64,000 nucleotides of DNA from Styela clava. Lineage: Eukaryota. Below, in pieces: positions 27,601 through 40,733 of the stretch. The translations under genes and the position numbers were made by a program. The stretch is taken from NCBI RefSeq assembly GCF_964204865.1, contig NC_135258.1:14384001-14448000 (forward strand). Reading direction: 5' to 3'. The notes beneath the pieces were generated by a model. It had not been told where the DNA came from. It did not search any database and saw only the letters and a program-made list of their open reading frames with translations. Numbering within the stretch: the first letter of the stretch is position 1; each line of letters begins with the position of its first letter.

Positions 27601-30600
27601 AAAAATCTATCCAAAAAAAAAAAAAATATTAATCCACCTCTGGTACAGGTGGAATCTGAGTAACTGGAATGTGTTTAACAATCGAATAGGCAGCATTTGC
27701 AGCAACAGGTGCCAGTGATGTACGATGACATTGATCACATTGAGCTTCAAGGACTTGCAACCATCTTCTTTGTTCTTCTGTTGATCGTGTAATGACTATT
27801 TTCCTATCTATCAGATTACCTGTGGATAAATAACAATTTAGTATGAAATCATAATATTTAACTAGCAATTTACTATGTTGAAAAACAGTAATGACAGTGT
27901 CTAATATAAGAGTCTCCTGGCACAGGGTACGAACCAGAAACAGACTTGCCGTCAAAGTCTTCTGATGTCATCAAAAAGTCTATTTATCCTATCTCCTATG
28001 TAAAAAAGGCGAATTCAGTTGAATTACATTGAAAATTTCCACTGAAAACAGAATCCTGACAAGAAACTCCATCTTAGTAATTATTTGCAACTTAACCTAA
28101 TCCTCCCGGTTTGACGCATGCGCGACGTTTCAGACGTTTTGCAATGCTGTGTGTATACCATGAGGTCTGGAATGTTTGTTATGGTCTTGCTTGAAAGGAA
28201 ATCTTATTCCCCACACAACGATATGAGAATGAACCTTATATGACATTTAGAAGTGATAAAATTTCGCTTACATATCACGCGTGTACTTCCCGCTGCGATA
28301 TAAAAACGTCGCACAACAAGAAAATGATTCCATAAACCTTGGCGTTGCGCGCTAACCAATAACAAAAGCTAGTATGATAAGGTCTTATTTTGAAGGTCAT
28401 TTTATATGCTACATAACATAGGAGAGTGGACATCTCACAACGTCAGGAAGTTATAAAAATATCGAGTCGTTTGATCGCAGCTGCCTCACCGAAAAAAAGT
28501 TAGGCGTTTTATCTCGCAAATTCTCCTTGTCTGACGATTATAAGCTTTTATGATTCATAATAAATGTTTTATTATGACTCACATAAGCTTTCAACGCGAT
28601 AAAGCACAAACAAACAACCGATCGATCTATCAAGCTTAGCCTGGCCTGATTCGATGTGGTGACTTCTCAAACGGAAAATTTCCAAAACGCTTGAACAAAG
28701 CGCGCTATGGAAAAGCGTTTAGTACCATATGAAAGAGAAAACCAATGTGCAGTCAACTGTATAGTTACATTTCAGCTTTACAATAGCTGTAGACGTCCAA
28801 CAGCTGATAGAATGAGAGAGTGTAAATATTTTTGTTATTTTTTGACGTTACGAGAGACCTCTTGAAAGAGGTGTTTTAGTTTACGGTCCTCCAGTGACAT
28901 CTAGCGTATAGTACTCTAAAATACCTTTCCAATGGTATATAATTATTGTATATTGGGTAAATTTTGGGGGTCGTATGACATTAATAAAAATGTATTCAAA
29001 ATTGGGCTCGATTGGGCGTCTGAATCAGGTTAATTCCCAAAAAATATATCAAAAATAATACAACCACAAGCTCAAGTTTGAAAGGAATTATTTTATACAA
29101 TGTATCTACACGTCTTGCGCTTCAAATACGCTGCTAGATACGGTAAGTTTGGAAGGACCGGTATCATTCCAGTTCAGTATTGCCTACCAAATTTATCGTA
29201 CCATGGGTGAGATTTGAACCCAAGATATTAATCAACAATGCAATTATAGTCAAGTCTAATGCTTTAGTCACTAGGCCACTGCTAAGTCATCTAAATAATT
29301 CGCGAAAAAGAAAAATTTCCTCACCTGTGATTTCAAATGCATGTTGATATGTTTGAGTGTCGTCCAGACGTTTGGATTTGAGGGCAGTGAGTGGAAGTTT
29401 TCCCTCATAAATGAAACCACTCATACGAGGAGAAACAGATAACATGAGAAGTGCGTTTGGAAATAATAAAAGATAGCGTTCCTTTCGATCCTGTAAGCAG
29501 AGATAGACATAATAAATTCAGAGCAGAGTACACCAATGGCTTAAATCAGGGGTGTGCAACCTTTTTTATTGGCGGGCCAAATACAAGAAACTGGGTGAAG
29601 CCGCGGGCCGCACCTTTATTTAATTTAGGCTTTCTGGTAGTTGCAAGCACAAAAATTGCCTATATTTGCTATTGATCTTACGGCATTATTAGGGGTTCTT
29701 GCAGAAATAGTAGATTTAAAACGCATAAACTTCTGAAGAAACTGCTATTTAAATTTTTTGTCACACCGACTTCAACCGAATGCAGTGAGAAACACGTTTT
29801 TGTAATATAAATCGTGTATTTTGCAACAGTATTTTGCTAGCTTGTTCTGCTAATATGACTGGTATGGGCTTTGCGACGAAAAAGAATAAATACTCGTTTC
29901 GCGGGTACACCATTCGAAATTGTTATTTTTCCGCGGGCCGCACAACTTCTTTCTGCGGGCCGCATTTGGCCCGCGGGCCGCAGTTTGCACACCCCTGGCT
30001 TAAATGACCAAGTTGAAAAGTGGTTGCTATCGATCTTAGCTATGTATAACGTGCATATTTTATCACTTTTTCATGCTTGTATATTCATAATTAAAATATA
30101 TTGACAAAGATTGATAGCTGTCTAGCTTGTTCATGTGTAAAGCACATATTTATTCAATGTCCGAATCTTACGCTTCCATTTTACTATTATAATATGTCCT
30201 TAACCAAAGATTGGAAGAAAAATCTGCAACGTGGGATGGTTGGGACTTCCAAGGGGCTGAAGCAAAAGCCACTTTTGTAAAAAACTGAGAGTTATCACGG
30301 GAAAATCTGACCATGATCGATGATACTTTTCAGTTCATAATGGGTTAATCATGATATCAAAAGCAAGGAGATGGTGACTGAGTAATAAAATTCAAAATTG
30401 CATAAAAAAATTTCATAACTCACGTCGAGTCCACTGAGAAAAATAACAGAAGACATGTATAACACTGGACCCAATGATGATAATGTTTCTCCTTCCCATC
30501 CTTGTATCGGACTCGATAATATATGTTGAATTGTCTCCTTCCGTTTTCGAGTTTCTTGGCAGACGAGCTGAGTTAGAAAAAAGCGTTATTAAAACATGAT

Positions 30601-33600
30601 ATATCCATGGCCATAACACAATATTTTATCTAAACATAATCTTTAATTAGCGTATGTTAATCTTTGTATATGACACATGTTTGAGCCCTCCAAACAAGGC
30701 ACTGTGCAAGCTATTTAATAATATGAGAAGAGCTATTTTAAGAAGGAGAGTCGTCTGTTCGGTTTAAGATTGCCTACAAAATTTAATACATACTGGGTTA
30801 GGCAGTGGGTATGCATGAATGCTAGAAAGCTCTGAGTGCAATATCAACATAATTTATGTGTACCTAGAATACACACTGTTGAAAATAAATAAACAAACAA
30901 AGTTACAAATAATTACCGATATTCGTTCGTATTGTGATATGGCTTGAAGAACATGTGATCTGTCTGGATGAGTATCCTGAAACACAAAGCAAAGTTTCAA
31001 CAAAATCGAAATAGTTTAAATTAGGAAGTACGAATACTGTCGTACAATACAATTACCCTTCAAAATAAAATTTAAACGAATTTACATACGAAAGAAAAGA
31101 AAAATATTTGAAATTAATATACAGAGTAAAAAACACCAAGTGTGATTTGAAATGCAGATTAAGATTAATATAAAATAGGATTTTTTATAATAATCCTGGG
31201 ATGGAAAAGTAGAATAAGACGGCATAACCACATGACAAACATCAGTTTCTTGTCTGGCAGTATTCAAAAGTAAACAGTTATACCTTCAGCATGGACTTGA
31301 TATTGGAAAAAGCCGTAACTGGCCAGTTACATAAACCATCATAATGACAGTGACGGGCCTAGCAATCGTCTCCAAATAATAGAACCGGAGAATCCGTATA
31401 TGAAAATCAGAGGGTTCGATGATGGCGTGTTCATAACGCCCAGCAAGTGCCCCAGCCGTCAAGACAATTCCTAAAAAGTTTTCGCTACTATTCTATGTCA
31501 AAATGGTATTTGAACATGGATGGATGAATCACTATACAAATAGAGCGTCATTTTCATGATACACACCTATCTAAGTCAATTAGGTCACAAGCATTTTGAT
31601 TTTTTTTTAAAACTGATAGAACATAAATAGGCTACATTGTGCATCTGCGCATATATCAGAATTAAAGTTGATGTTTGAAGAGATGAAAAGAGGAATTTCA
31701 ACTTCCCAGGCTAAACAAATCAGTGAATGTACTAGTGTTTTTTCTAAGTTTGAAAACAATAATTTTTGTAATACTTACATCTAAATGGCGTTCCAACTCT
31801 CGTAATAAACTTGAATATTCTTCAAGATGTCGGAAAGGTTTGCTGAGACCTGTCGTAAGTTGAGTGATGCCAGAGTTTTGACCACTTTTGTTTTCTATTT
31901 GCCTAAAACAAAGCATTCACAAATAAAAATTGTGAAGTAAAGAAGAGAATGATCAACCAGTATAATAAGAAAGCAAGGCAAAGTCTCTGGCAATGATTCC
32001 CAAAACTGCAGTATCAAATATGAATGACTCTAATGATCCACAGTTTTGATAGCCTTACGTGATCCAGCAAATTTGCACTTTCACGATACTGAAGACCTCA
32101 AATCAATCAGCTGCATATTTATGTGATCTCATTCTCAATACACAGTGCGACCATGAAATCATTTCTATATCCGGAGTTAAGGTATTACATTGTGTATATA
32201 ATCTTGTACATCCAAATGATGCAGACAAAGATACTGTTAATTGTGATAATGTAGAGACTAGACCGATTAAATTTAAAACTTATACTTGATTGGTCACCTC
32301 CAATCATAATATATACACCAAAAGCTAAAAATATGTATATTAAGAATATCTTGTGAACTAGAGTTATGATTCTTATGAACAGAGAAATTTGTGTTTATAC
32401 ATTTGCAAAGACCATAATCTTGAATTGAAATTGGGTTATTCCGAAGTAAAATTACGTACTTCGATATTTGTTCTTTATGGGTTTGCAATACAACAACTGC
32501 AGACGGATGATTACCACAATATTCGTCATACAATTGCTTAAACGTATCACCATTCTTCTCAAAACAAACCCCAACTTGCTGTTGCTGGTATGAAATTCTA
32601 AATAGAAAAAGATAATGTTAAATGAAAAAAGTTTTCTGCACCAATGAACATATAAAAATTTTTCGAGTTACAAATTCCGCAGTAACATTTTCAGAAGCTT
32701 ACCAAAAATAAATATAAATTTGATTGAATTAATTAAAAAAGCAAATATATTTATTCTGTAAATAATTGTGATCCTCAGCTACAAGTTGAGATAATGCAGA
32801 AATTTCAAAATATCTGCACAAAAAGTTTGCACAGCCGTTTTATTGCACTGTATTTAGTTCATATCTTTGGACTCTGTGATTTTGGTTATAGATCAACAAG
32901 GTTCATTAATTTTCAGTTGAATTTAAGCCCTATCAATTTATCGCTAACATGGACACAACTCTAGCCACTAGTAAGAACATATTAAAGGACAAAAGGTAGA
33001 ATTCTGGTATTCGTTAACAAATTGATAATATATACTGGGGATATATTCCGTTCTCTGCAATGATTAATCAAAAATGACCTTGGGAAATTATAATAGGGAC
33101 AATAAATTTTACAGTGTTTGATGGTTTCATTTTTCAAGTAAAGTTTTTGAAGATTGCAGCGTTTTTAAGCATCAGTGGGAAATGGGATTGCTCTGGTGTT
33201 ATTTGTGCGCAGATTGAAGACTTTCATTTAGGGCAGGGGTGGCCAACCTTTCACATACCATGCGCCACGTTTTAAACATAATGTTTCAGATGCGCCGTAA
33301 ATCTCTTGTATTCCCACGCCTAATGTCCGCTTCTTGTTGAAATTATATAAATTTATAATACACACACATATATACACAAGTATTTTACGCTTCGCTTTTG
33401 TTGACAACGGCCATTTGAAGTTTGGATGAAAAAGGTGGTATTTAGGGGTCCTTTTTAGCATGTTGTGGGTTGATTTATAATAAATTTTTTAGGCTTGGGC
33501 AATTCAACTGGTTGTTCAATGGTTATTGGGAGATATTTGGGAAGTCTGGGCAATGGAAAATCCATGTTTCAAGCTGATAAATGACGATTTTCTATTTTTC

Positions 33601-36600
33601 CAGAAGTTCTGAACTTTTTACTTCAGTAAGGAAAAATAGTAAATTTTACTAATTTTTGCTAAAAGTCTAGAATGAATGTGATAAAGTTCGTCCAAAAGCT
33701 AAAGTCGATAATCGCCTGTTGTTTCTAATTCCAACAAGCCGTAAGTGGGCGACGTGGAGTAAGGAGAATAAATTTTAGGTACAATCAAAAGTCACCATGT
33801 AAATCGCAAAAAAACGGCTTGGCTTGAGAAGCCAAGTGCAATTAACAATTTTGGCATGAAAAGGGTTAAAGATGCAATGCGCCACTTCTAATCATGCAAT
33901 GCGCCACGTTTGGCGCATGCGCCATAGGTTGGCCACCCCTGATTTAGGGAGTCAAAGGGCAAGACACAGATTCAGTAACGCCCTGTAACTCTGGGAGTCA
34001 CATCTGGCACATACTGTCCCCACAATGGCATATGGAGTGATTATTACAGCAAATCAGGGCAGTAAGTTACATGAATTATACAGGAAGGCAACAAAATTCG
34101 AAAAACCTAGACAGCAAATGACTAAACCGATAATTATTAATAATGACCACAGCCACACTATGCTCTACTAAAAGAGATTTAAATATTTAGTCATCAAACA
34201 GCTATTCAATTTAATCTTGTTTTGGAACTGTTCTAGCATGGGTCGTGGATAAAATGTTAAAAAAACTATGATGATTTAATATATATTTAATTAAGAGTCT
34301 TATCCATATGTTAAGCAAATGTATATTGGCTGCTACTATTGATCATGCTTAGTTCTTGTACAAACAACCTTATAGTGTATTTAAATGAGGTATAAAAATC
34401 TATAATAAATAAATGACCGGTTTTTATATCCTGCTTTTTACATGATATGAATAAGAGCCCAACAGGATGCAGTATTACATTTACAAGGACATGTTTTGTT
34501 TCATCAGATCTACAAGGGTCAATGTTTTTATGAACCGTATCAATAATAATCATTCCAGAAACACCATTTTACTATAAATTTAGACATAGGTAAAATTTGT
34601 TAATTGAAAATAGCATATACATACAACTTTACTTTTACATTTTGCAAAGGAAACCTACTCTGGCCTAATTGTCTCTGTTCAAGACCTTATTTATATAAGA
34701 AGCAATCTTTGTCCTATCCGAGTGAGTCTATGTGATCTCATCGTGAGTGAATACTCATAGAAAATAGCAGTCATAAATTTTGTTGATTGAGATTGCAGAC
34801 AGAAAATATAACACAAATATGTTTTTAACCCACTTTGAACACTCTTCTAATTCTTTGACAAATTTCAGTTGAAAATCGATGATAGCTTGAATATTTCCTG
34901 ACAGGACGCAAATGTCAGATTCTGGAATCCCTTCACCACCCGGTGTAGTTTGAGGTTGAAGAGGTTTGATGTAAGATCCAACAAGACTTTGAAGTTCTTT
35001 AACATACGTTCGTTCAATTTCTAGAAGATTCTGTAATACCTGAAATAAAAACGTATTACAAGTTAATTAATGAATGAAATGTATGTTTACACAAGGAGTG
35101 TGCAACCTGCAGCCCGGGGGCCAAATGCAGCCCACACAGAAAAATTGTACAGCCCACGAAGAAGTGCCAATTTTGAATAATGTGCGGCCCATGAAACGAA
35201 ATTGTAATTAGTAATCTGGTTCGTGCATATAATTCCAATCTCTTTGCATTTCAAAGCCTAATTATTATCTAAGCCTATGTCGTTACACTGCCCTAACGGC
35301 TAGTTTGTTAGAAGCGAGCAACGCATGTCATAAGATCATTAACCAAAATTCTTGTGCCCGCAACTACTAGAAACCCTTTTTTAAATAAAGGTGCGGCCCG
35401 TGGTTTCACTCAGTTATCAGTTATCTAAGTTCGTATCTGTTTTTTCTCTTTTCTTAAAGGTTACACACCCCTGGTTAACACCATAATTTACCTGCAACAC
35501 CTATTAAGTCCCCAACATACCACAGGTAATAAAACAAAATTAAAGCAAACCCTTACGGTAAGTGTAATATAAATATAATAACAGAGACAGATGAAACAAA
35601 ATTAAGAAAAAAATTGTTGTCACATTTTCATATAAAACTATACCGAACAAACAAAAACACATTTTCGTGTACAATGTAAGTTATGTCTTTGGAGATAGTA
35701 AAATATTTCTTTATCATGCAGTTTTAAAACAAATTTTTTGGCACTCCAGAAGTGTGTGTACCAATATGGAGGTAACTAATTTTGTACGCCTACTTTACAT
35801 CAAGTTGTGTAAAGTGACTGATCCTATGGGCAGGGAGGGGGTATATTCACTTGGCTAAGACAGACAATCCACGAACTCGTTATAGAACTAAAATAAAAAA
35901 AATCTGAATAAAATTATGGCCTAACCCTAACCTGGTACACACACTACGGGAGTACCAACTCTCAATAATAATATATTTGACTGAATGTTTTAAATATAAA
36001 AAGTTTCAAACAAACAATTTTTAATAAAGAAAATTTATATCGATAAGTAATGAGTTCGTGTTCAAAACCAAAAAATGTTGATAATAAAATTTTCTTTAAA
36101 GCCCTAAATTCTGTAATATGTATCGATCCAACGATATTTTGAGCAAAACTGCTACTGGTAGCAGAGATTAAATAAAGACAAGTCTAGCCAAGAATCATGA
36201 ATAAAACATTATTGCCTTGGGAAAAAAACTACATGTAGGCTTCTTTAAATTGAAAAATCTAATTAGCGCACACAGTTGAATCCAAGATTTTATTTTCACA
36301 ATCAAGTGGAATGAAATGAAACAGTTCGAATCATTGATCATAAAAAAGAATGGCTGAGTAGCAAAAGATGTCTATATAGTTGTCTATGAAAAAGTAAAAA
36401 TGGTCAATTAGGATGAGTTTTTGGAAGATTCATTTAGCTTGCAACGAACTGAATAGATGATCATATTATAATCTGAATATTATGTTATTAGAAATAACAA
36501 TATTTGATATTTTTGACAGTTCATGAACTTATTTTCACTTAAAAGTAAGGTGAAAATTGAATTACACAATGATTTTATATAAATTGGCCATATTCTACAG

Positions 36601-38343
36601 AAAATAAATTTGGTCAAAACAATTTTGTAACCGCGATGGGCTAGCTGTTGGAGCATTACACGAAACTATGTTGGCATCACAAGTTAATGTCTCGGGTTAA
36701 AGTACCATGTCCATCATCTCACCCAGGGTGTCGAAAGTTGGGTAGGCAATGCCGAAACAGAAACCCTGGTCCTCTCAAAATGGTGACTTCTTACATATCG
36801 TTAGATATTAATAAAAAAAAAATGGTTGTGTCAAAGGGTTATTAGGAAAAATATTTGTCATTATTTCATTTTCCGATGAGTCGAGTTGAACGACCAATTA
36901 ATTTTTTGAATATATAATACAATACCTGTTGATAATAAGCCAACTTTGTTTCTTGTGTTTTTGTTTCTACTTCTTGCAGTACAGACTGCTTTTGTACAGT
37001 TTGTGGCGATACAGATTCTAAAAGTAAACAAGAATAAAGGTAAACGATAAAAATAGAACTGTTGATCGTAGCTGAAAAAATATTCAATGGGCATTCATGG
37101 GTGAGAATTTTTTCATTTTCCTCGGAGAGAGGAAGCTGAAAACGCCTAAACATCATACATTAGGGCTACAGATTATTCGCAGCCAAAGCCGGAAACAGAT
37201 AGCCTGTTAATTGTAAGTAATGTCATGGATTTGGAATTTGGATAGTATAAGAAACTATATTGTGTAAATACTACCATGCACAGCAAAAAGTCTAATGGAA
37301 ATCACCTCAACTGAGAAATAATATATCATTATTCATTACAATATTATTTACGGTAGATATGTCGAAAGAGAATTAGACAGGGCTCGGTAATTCACCAATC
37401 ATATTTTTCAATCTATTCCAATAAGAAGAAGAAAAAGGCAAATCCTTCCCCCTAATATCATCTGACACAGGAATAAGACCTCTATAGCTATGCAGGATAA
37501 TCAGCAGTGCAAATGCAGGGGTGTTCCTAAGGCTTTGCATGATGTCCATTGAAATACTATGGGCGTATTATCAAAATATATTTCTATTCAGTATTCACCT
37601 GACTCAATTTTCTGTCTTACTTCTTTTACATAGTTACTGGGGAACCATCCAGTATTTCCATTTAGTGTTCCTTCCCACCATCCTCCGTCATCATTTTTTG
37701 AAACCTAAAATGAAGGATTTCATTTTCAAAAGGAGGAAGTAATTTCAATACACAAATATGAAACATCAAAATTCGTACACATTATAAATTTGCTATATAA
37801 CCTACCAACATATGAATATTATATACAAAAAATGAAGAAATTATCAGCTGCATGGATATAGCCCAGCGGTATTCAATCATTCCATAACTAATATTCATAA
37901 CTTATTCAACCTATCCTAAAACAATGTTTCTAATCTAAAATTGCTTTCGTTATGCAGAATAAACAATATAAAATTTGTTTCTGGTCTCATTATAATCACT
38001 AACTTTTCTTATGGTGTATCAAATCCAGTTTATGTAGATAACACATAATGTACTTGGGAATCGTGTATGGAAATCCTGTAAATCTCAAGCTAATAAACTT
38101 TTATTTTTTAGTTGTATAGGCCTTATTAGCTAGGATGAGGCAGTTCAAAATAATATGATTTTAATTACATTGAAAAGTGTGATATTATACCACAATTTAG
38201 TCAAATTTTTAAATAAAATATGAAATCTAAAAACAAAAATCACAAACCATGATTATGGCCCCTTTTGGAAATGTGAGCTCATCTTCATTTTGACGCTGGT
38301 AAGCAAACTTAGCTTTAACTTTAATTGCTTTTTTACTGCTCAT
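15607..38343 (-). CDS. ARHGEF7: Rho guanine nucleotide exchange factor beta-PIX (ARHGEF7/6 family; SH3-DH-PH-GBD-coiled coil; about 665 aa, 17 exons)
   Basis: Exons (minus strand): 38343-38248, 37704-37599, 37017-36926, 35039-34834, 32597-32460, 31902-31779, 30976-30917, 30567-30424, 29490-29325, 27819-27638, 27303-27201, 26485-26400, 25890-25773, 25053-24979, 16791-16698, 16612-16558, 15759-15607, all phases compatible. Motifs: [114 protein letters not shown]. Confidence 0.95.
17295..17620 (-). mobile_element. SINE family 1, near full-length copy
   Basis: On the minus strand: tRNA-like head (TGGCTCGACGG ... GTTCAAATCC), then the conserved core and a GGTTCGCCATAT tail shared with three other copies. 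Confidence 0.7.
20368..20905. mobile_element. hAT-family MITE
   Basis: Ends GAGCAGTTCCCAA / TTGGGAACGACTG, flanked by TGTTACAT on both sides. Confidence 0.7.
21305..21740. repeat. Diverged tandem duplication (about 220 bp unit) in an ARHGEF7 intron
   Basis: ATATTATGCT...TGGCTATCCA...CCATGC...TTGGTA.GTAT.AGCAATTGCAA...AATAATATTAGCACTTCAGCAGACAT occurs twice. Confidence 0.85.
22290..22445 (-). mobile_element. SINE family 2 copy (tRNA-derived)
   Basis: Shared core TTGGGTAGGCAATGC, B-box GGGTTCGAAAC and A-box-like GCCTAGCAGTTAAA on the minus strand. Other copies at about 23815-23960, 26000-26150, 29140-29285, 36635-36790 and 53045-53180. Confidence 0.65.
26760..27015 (+). mobile_element. SINE family 1 copy
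   Basis: GAGGATTGCTGGACTCCTCG...ACTGGTCGGTTACAGC...GGCTCGCCATAT, matching the 17.4 kb copy. Confidence 0.7.
28096..29029. mobile_element. Non-autonomous TTAA-specific (piggyBac-like) element
   Basis: CpG-rich block bounded by TTAA|CCTAATC... and ...GAATCAGG|TTAA, with imperfect CCT.AT termini and no ORF. Confidence 0.55.
29140..29285 (-). mobile_element. SINE family 2 copy
   Basis: Minus strand GCAGTGGCCTAGTGACTAAAGC (A box) ... GGGTTCAAATC (B box) ... TTGGTAGGCAATAC core. Confidence 0.7.
29547..29997. mobile_element. hAT-family MITE
   Basis: TIRs CAGGGGTGTGCAA / TTGCACACCCCTG; TSD GCTTAAAT on both sides; multiple GCGGGCCGCA subterminal repeats. Confidence 0.92.
31185..31460 (-). mobile_element. 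SINE family 1 copy (degraded)
   Basis: AGCATGGACTTGAT...AAAAAGCCGTAAC..CCAG matches the 17.4 kb copy. Confidence 0.6.
33234..33941. mobile_element. hAT-family MITE
   Basis: Perfect 16-bp TIRs CAGGGGTGGCCAACCT / AGGTTGGCCACCCCTG; TSD ATTTAGGG; TGCGCCA subterminal repeats. Confidence 0.93.
35093..35473. mobile_element. hAT-family MITE (older relative of 29547-29997, opposite orientation)
   Basis: Ends AAGGAGTGTGCAACC / GGTTACACACCCCTG; near-TSD GTTTACAC/GTTAACAC; shared AAATAAAGGTGCGGCCCG.GG segment. Confidence 0.75.
35738..35958 (+). mobile_element. Short interspersed element with GGCACTCC...GGAGTACC termini and an internal CCTAACCCTAACC motif
   Basis: Close inverted copy at 53506-53730, internally deleted copy at 52770-52885, partial copy at 22925-23066. 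Confidence 0.8.
36635..36790 (+). mobile_element. SINE family 2 copy
   Basis: ATGGGCTAGCTGTTGGAGC head and TTGGGTAGGCAATGCCGAA core. Confidence 0.6.
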
Positions 38344-39794
38344 ATTGAAGTCTTCATATACCAAGCATTTGTGAAAGTGGAAATATAAAAGAACCAAATA
38401 GTTTCCGACAATTGAGCGCCCAGTACAATTAGTGATTGATGATAATACACTGAAGAACTATATTGGATCTGAGAAAATTTTAAAATGATTAATAATATAT
38501 AAGTTTTCCAAAAGCACCAAAGCAAGAAGGTGCATCCCAGAAGTAATAAATCAAGTGCATAGAACAAACAAAGAAAATTTTGAACATGTATTTTGTTAAT
38601 ATTTATTGACAGTTGACACTATTTATATTTTTGTTTTTATTTTACTATTTTTGTACTGCCAGACTGTATTGTGAATGTGAAAACAATACAATAAATATAT
38701 TATAACAGTAGTGCACAGTTCTCCGATTCCAGGATGTTTCGACATTTGGTTTCATAAAACAGAACTCTTGTTTGTGTCTGGTCTGATGACAGATGTGTCA
38801 TCGTCAGGTCGTGCCATGCATGTATCGATAATAATCTAAATCATGTAACCAATGATGATCATGTGACCAAAGTCAGTGATTATAAAAAAAAACATAATAC
38901 ACAGTTATATACAGTATACAGGTATATATGTTTATTACACACATTAATACTGTAATACATCCGTTTATTAAAAAACAGACAAATTCCAGGAATTCAAATA
39001 CCTGAATACTGGAATATGCAAAAACAGACTTCTGATCTGCAGAAGATGCGAAATCTTAAATTAAATATTATACTTGTTAAACGCCTCTGGTACTTTAATA
39101 TACAGATATATGAGATGGATATAATCAACACCTTCTATAAAACAAAAGCAGGTGGATTATTTCTCTCGGGGAGGGGTTAAATACTACAGTCTGACAATAC
39201 TAAATTTATCAAAACTGAGCAAGAAGAATAATATTTAATCATTTAACTGAAAACTATCACTGTATCACCTATAAATCCACTCTTTACAAAGTCACTGATT
39301 TTAAATAGATTTATATTTTCTCATATTATGCAGTCATGTATTTGCAATAACAAAGTGAAAATCAATAACTGAATAATGAAACATACAATATTCTATTATA
39401 AAACACACGGTACGCTACCATACCGTACCAAACAGAATTGTTCTTTTCCGCGATAGCGTTTGTCAGTCTGTGCATACAGCCAAAGGCGAAAGATTATGCC
39501 CGAGAACCAAGGCGGGATCCTGTTAGCAGTCCAGAATGCGACAGTTACAAGAATAGCTGTAAGATTGAAAGTGTACTTTTATCGTTCCAGATGCAACCTA
39601 ACAATAAAATCATGAAAACGGGAACATTTCTGTACAGTATTTGCAATTCTGCAATTTGTGTGGTAGATAGACAAGAACCAATTAAAAGACGGTTTCTTAA
39701 AACCATTTTTTAAAACATTCGCGTATTATGAAGTACCGTACTGACGTTACCACCATTATATGCAAACATAAATAATAATAACATTAAAAAGCCC

Positions 39795-39910
39795 ACTGCG
39801 GAAACAGATGCGGAAACGACACCCCGAACATATAAAAAGCAACCAAAGGAAGTGCTCCAAATACATCATATGTGACTCTGTGACGTCATAATTCGTTATA
39901 GCGAGGCGTA
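39795..39910 (-). promoter_or_regulatory. Candidate ARHGEF7 promoter region (CRE and tandem GCGGAAAC)
   Basis: TGCGGAAAC twice at 39797-39818, TGACGTCA at 39881-39888, local CpG enrichment about 1.5 kb upstream of the ATG. Confidence 0.35.
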
Positions 39911-39931
39911 TTTTCTAAGCAGATAGATAGA

Positions 39932-40118
39932 TGTTTCCCCGAAAATAAGACCTATACTGAATTTTAAAAATAATTTTAATATAAGCCCTTCCCTCAAAAT
40001 AGGGCCTAGTCGATAGTGCAAAATTTTTTTTGACTTGGTCGATAGCAAAAAATCACTAAAAAGACCCTATGGACAAAACAAATAAACTCTCTCTATCTTA
40101 TTTTCGAGGAAACGCAGT
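39932..40118. mobile_element. Tigger/pogo-type MITE
   Basis: TGTTTCCCCGAAAATAAGA ... TCTTATTTTCGAGGAAACG inverted termini. Confidence 0.7.
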
Positions 40119-40355
40119 AGATAGATAGATATTTTATTTTGAAAGCTCCATAATATACACTAATTGAAATGAAAAATTCTGGAGAGCGAATAAAACATTT
40201 TAAAAAGTTCAAAACGTATGAAATATCGTATGCTCGCTCACCAGTATTTCCAGATGAAATAAATAATAAAAATATTTATTCAAAATATTTTTTTTTTATA
40301 AATAAAAACATCACTTTTTATACACACGATAACACACAAGTACAATTGCACTTAA

Positions 40356-40637
40356 AACAAGAGAGCTGTGCTCAAATATATGGACACGTCACAAGGTGTC
40401 GCTATTTTTTATTCTGACACATAAAAAACAAATCTCTTGAAGTCCACAGGATTTTTTAAAATAAGTAGAAGTAATAACCTTCTGGCAAAAAATCAATCTT
40501 TAACCACTGAAAATTTCAAAGCAATTGGTCCAGTATTCGAAGAGAAAGGCGATTTCAACATGACGAAAGAGAAAAAGACTAACAAGAACAACAACATAAT
40601 ATTGAAACGATCGTAGAGTACACTGACGTGTCCAAAT
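40356..40637 (+). mobile_element. Helentron/HINE-like non-autonomous element
   Basis: Starts AACAAGAGAGCT, has subterminal inverted repeats TGGACACGTCA / TGACGTGTCCA and an internal AAC-rich microsatellite. Inverted homolog at about 62250-62677. Confidence 0.6.
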
Positions 40638-40733
40638 ATGAGTTCATGATAATTTCCCACTTATTTACGTGATTCGATAGTTTACATTTTTTAGTTGCAA
40701 CAATTTTTCCATAGGTAAAATTATCATATATAC

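Noticed and set aside
35915-35935. CTAACCCTAAC as a telomerase RNA template
   Set aside because: Part of a multi-copy interspersed repeat; no other telomerase RNA features.
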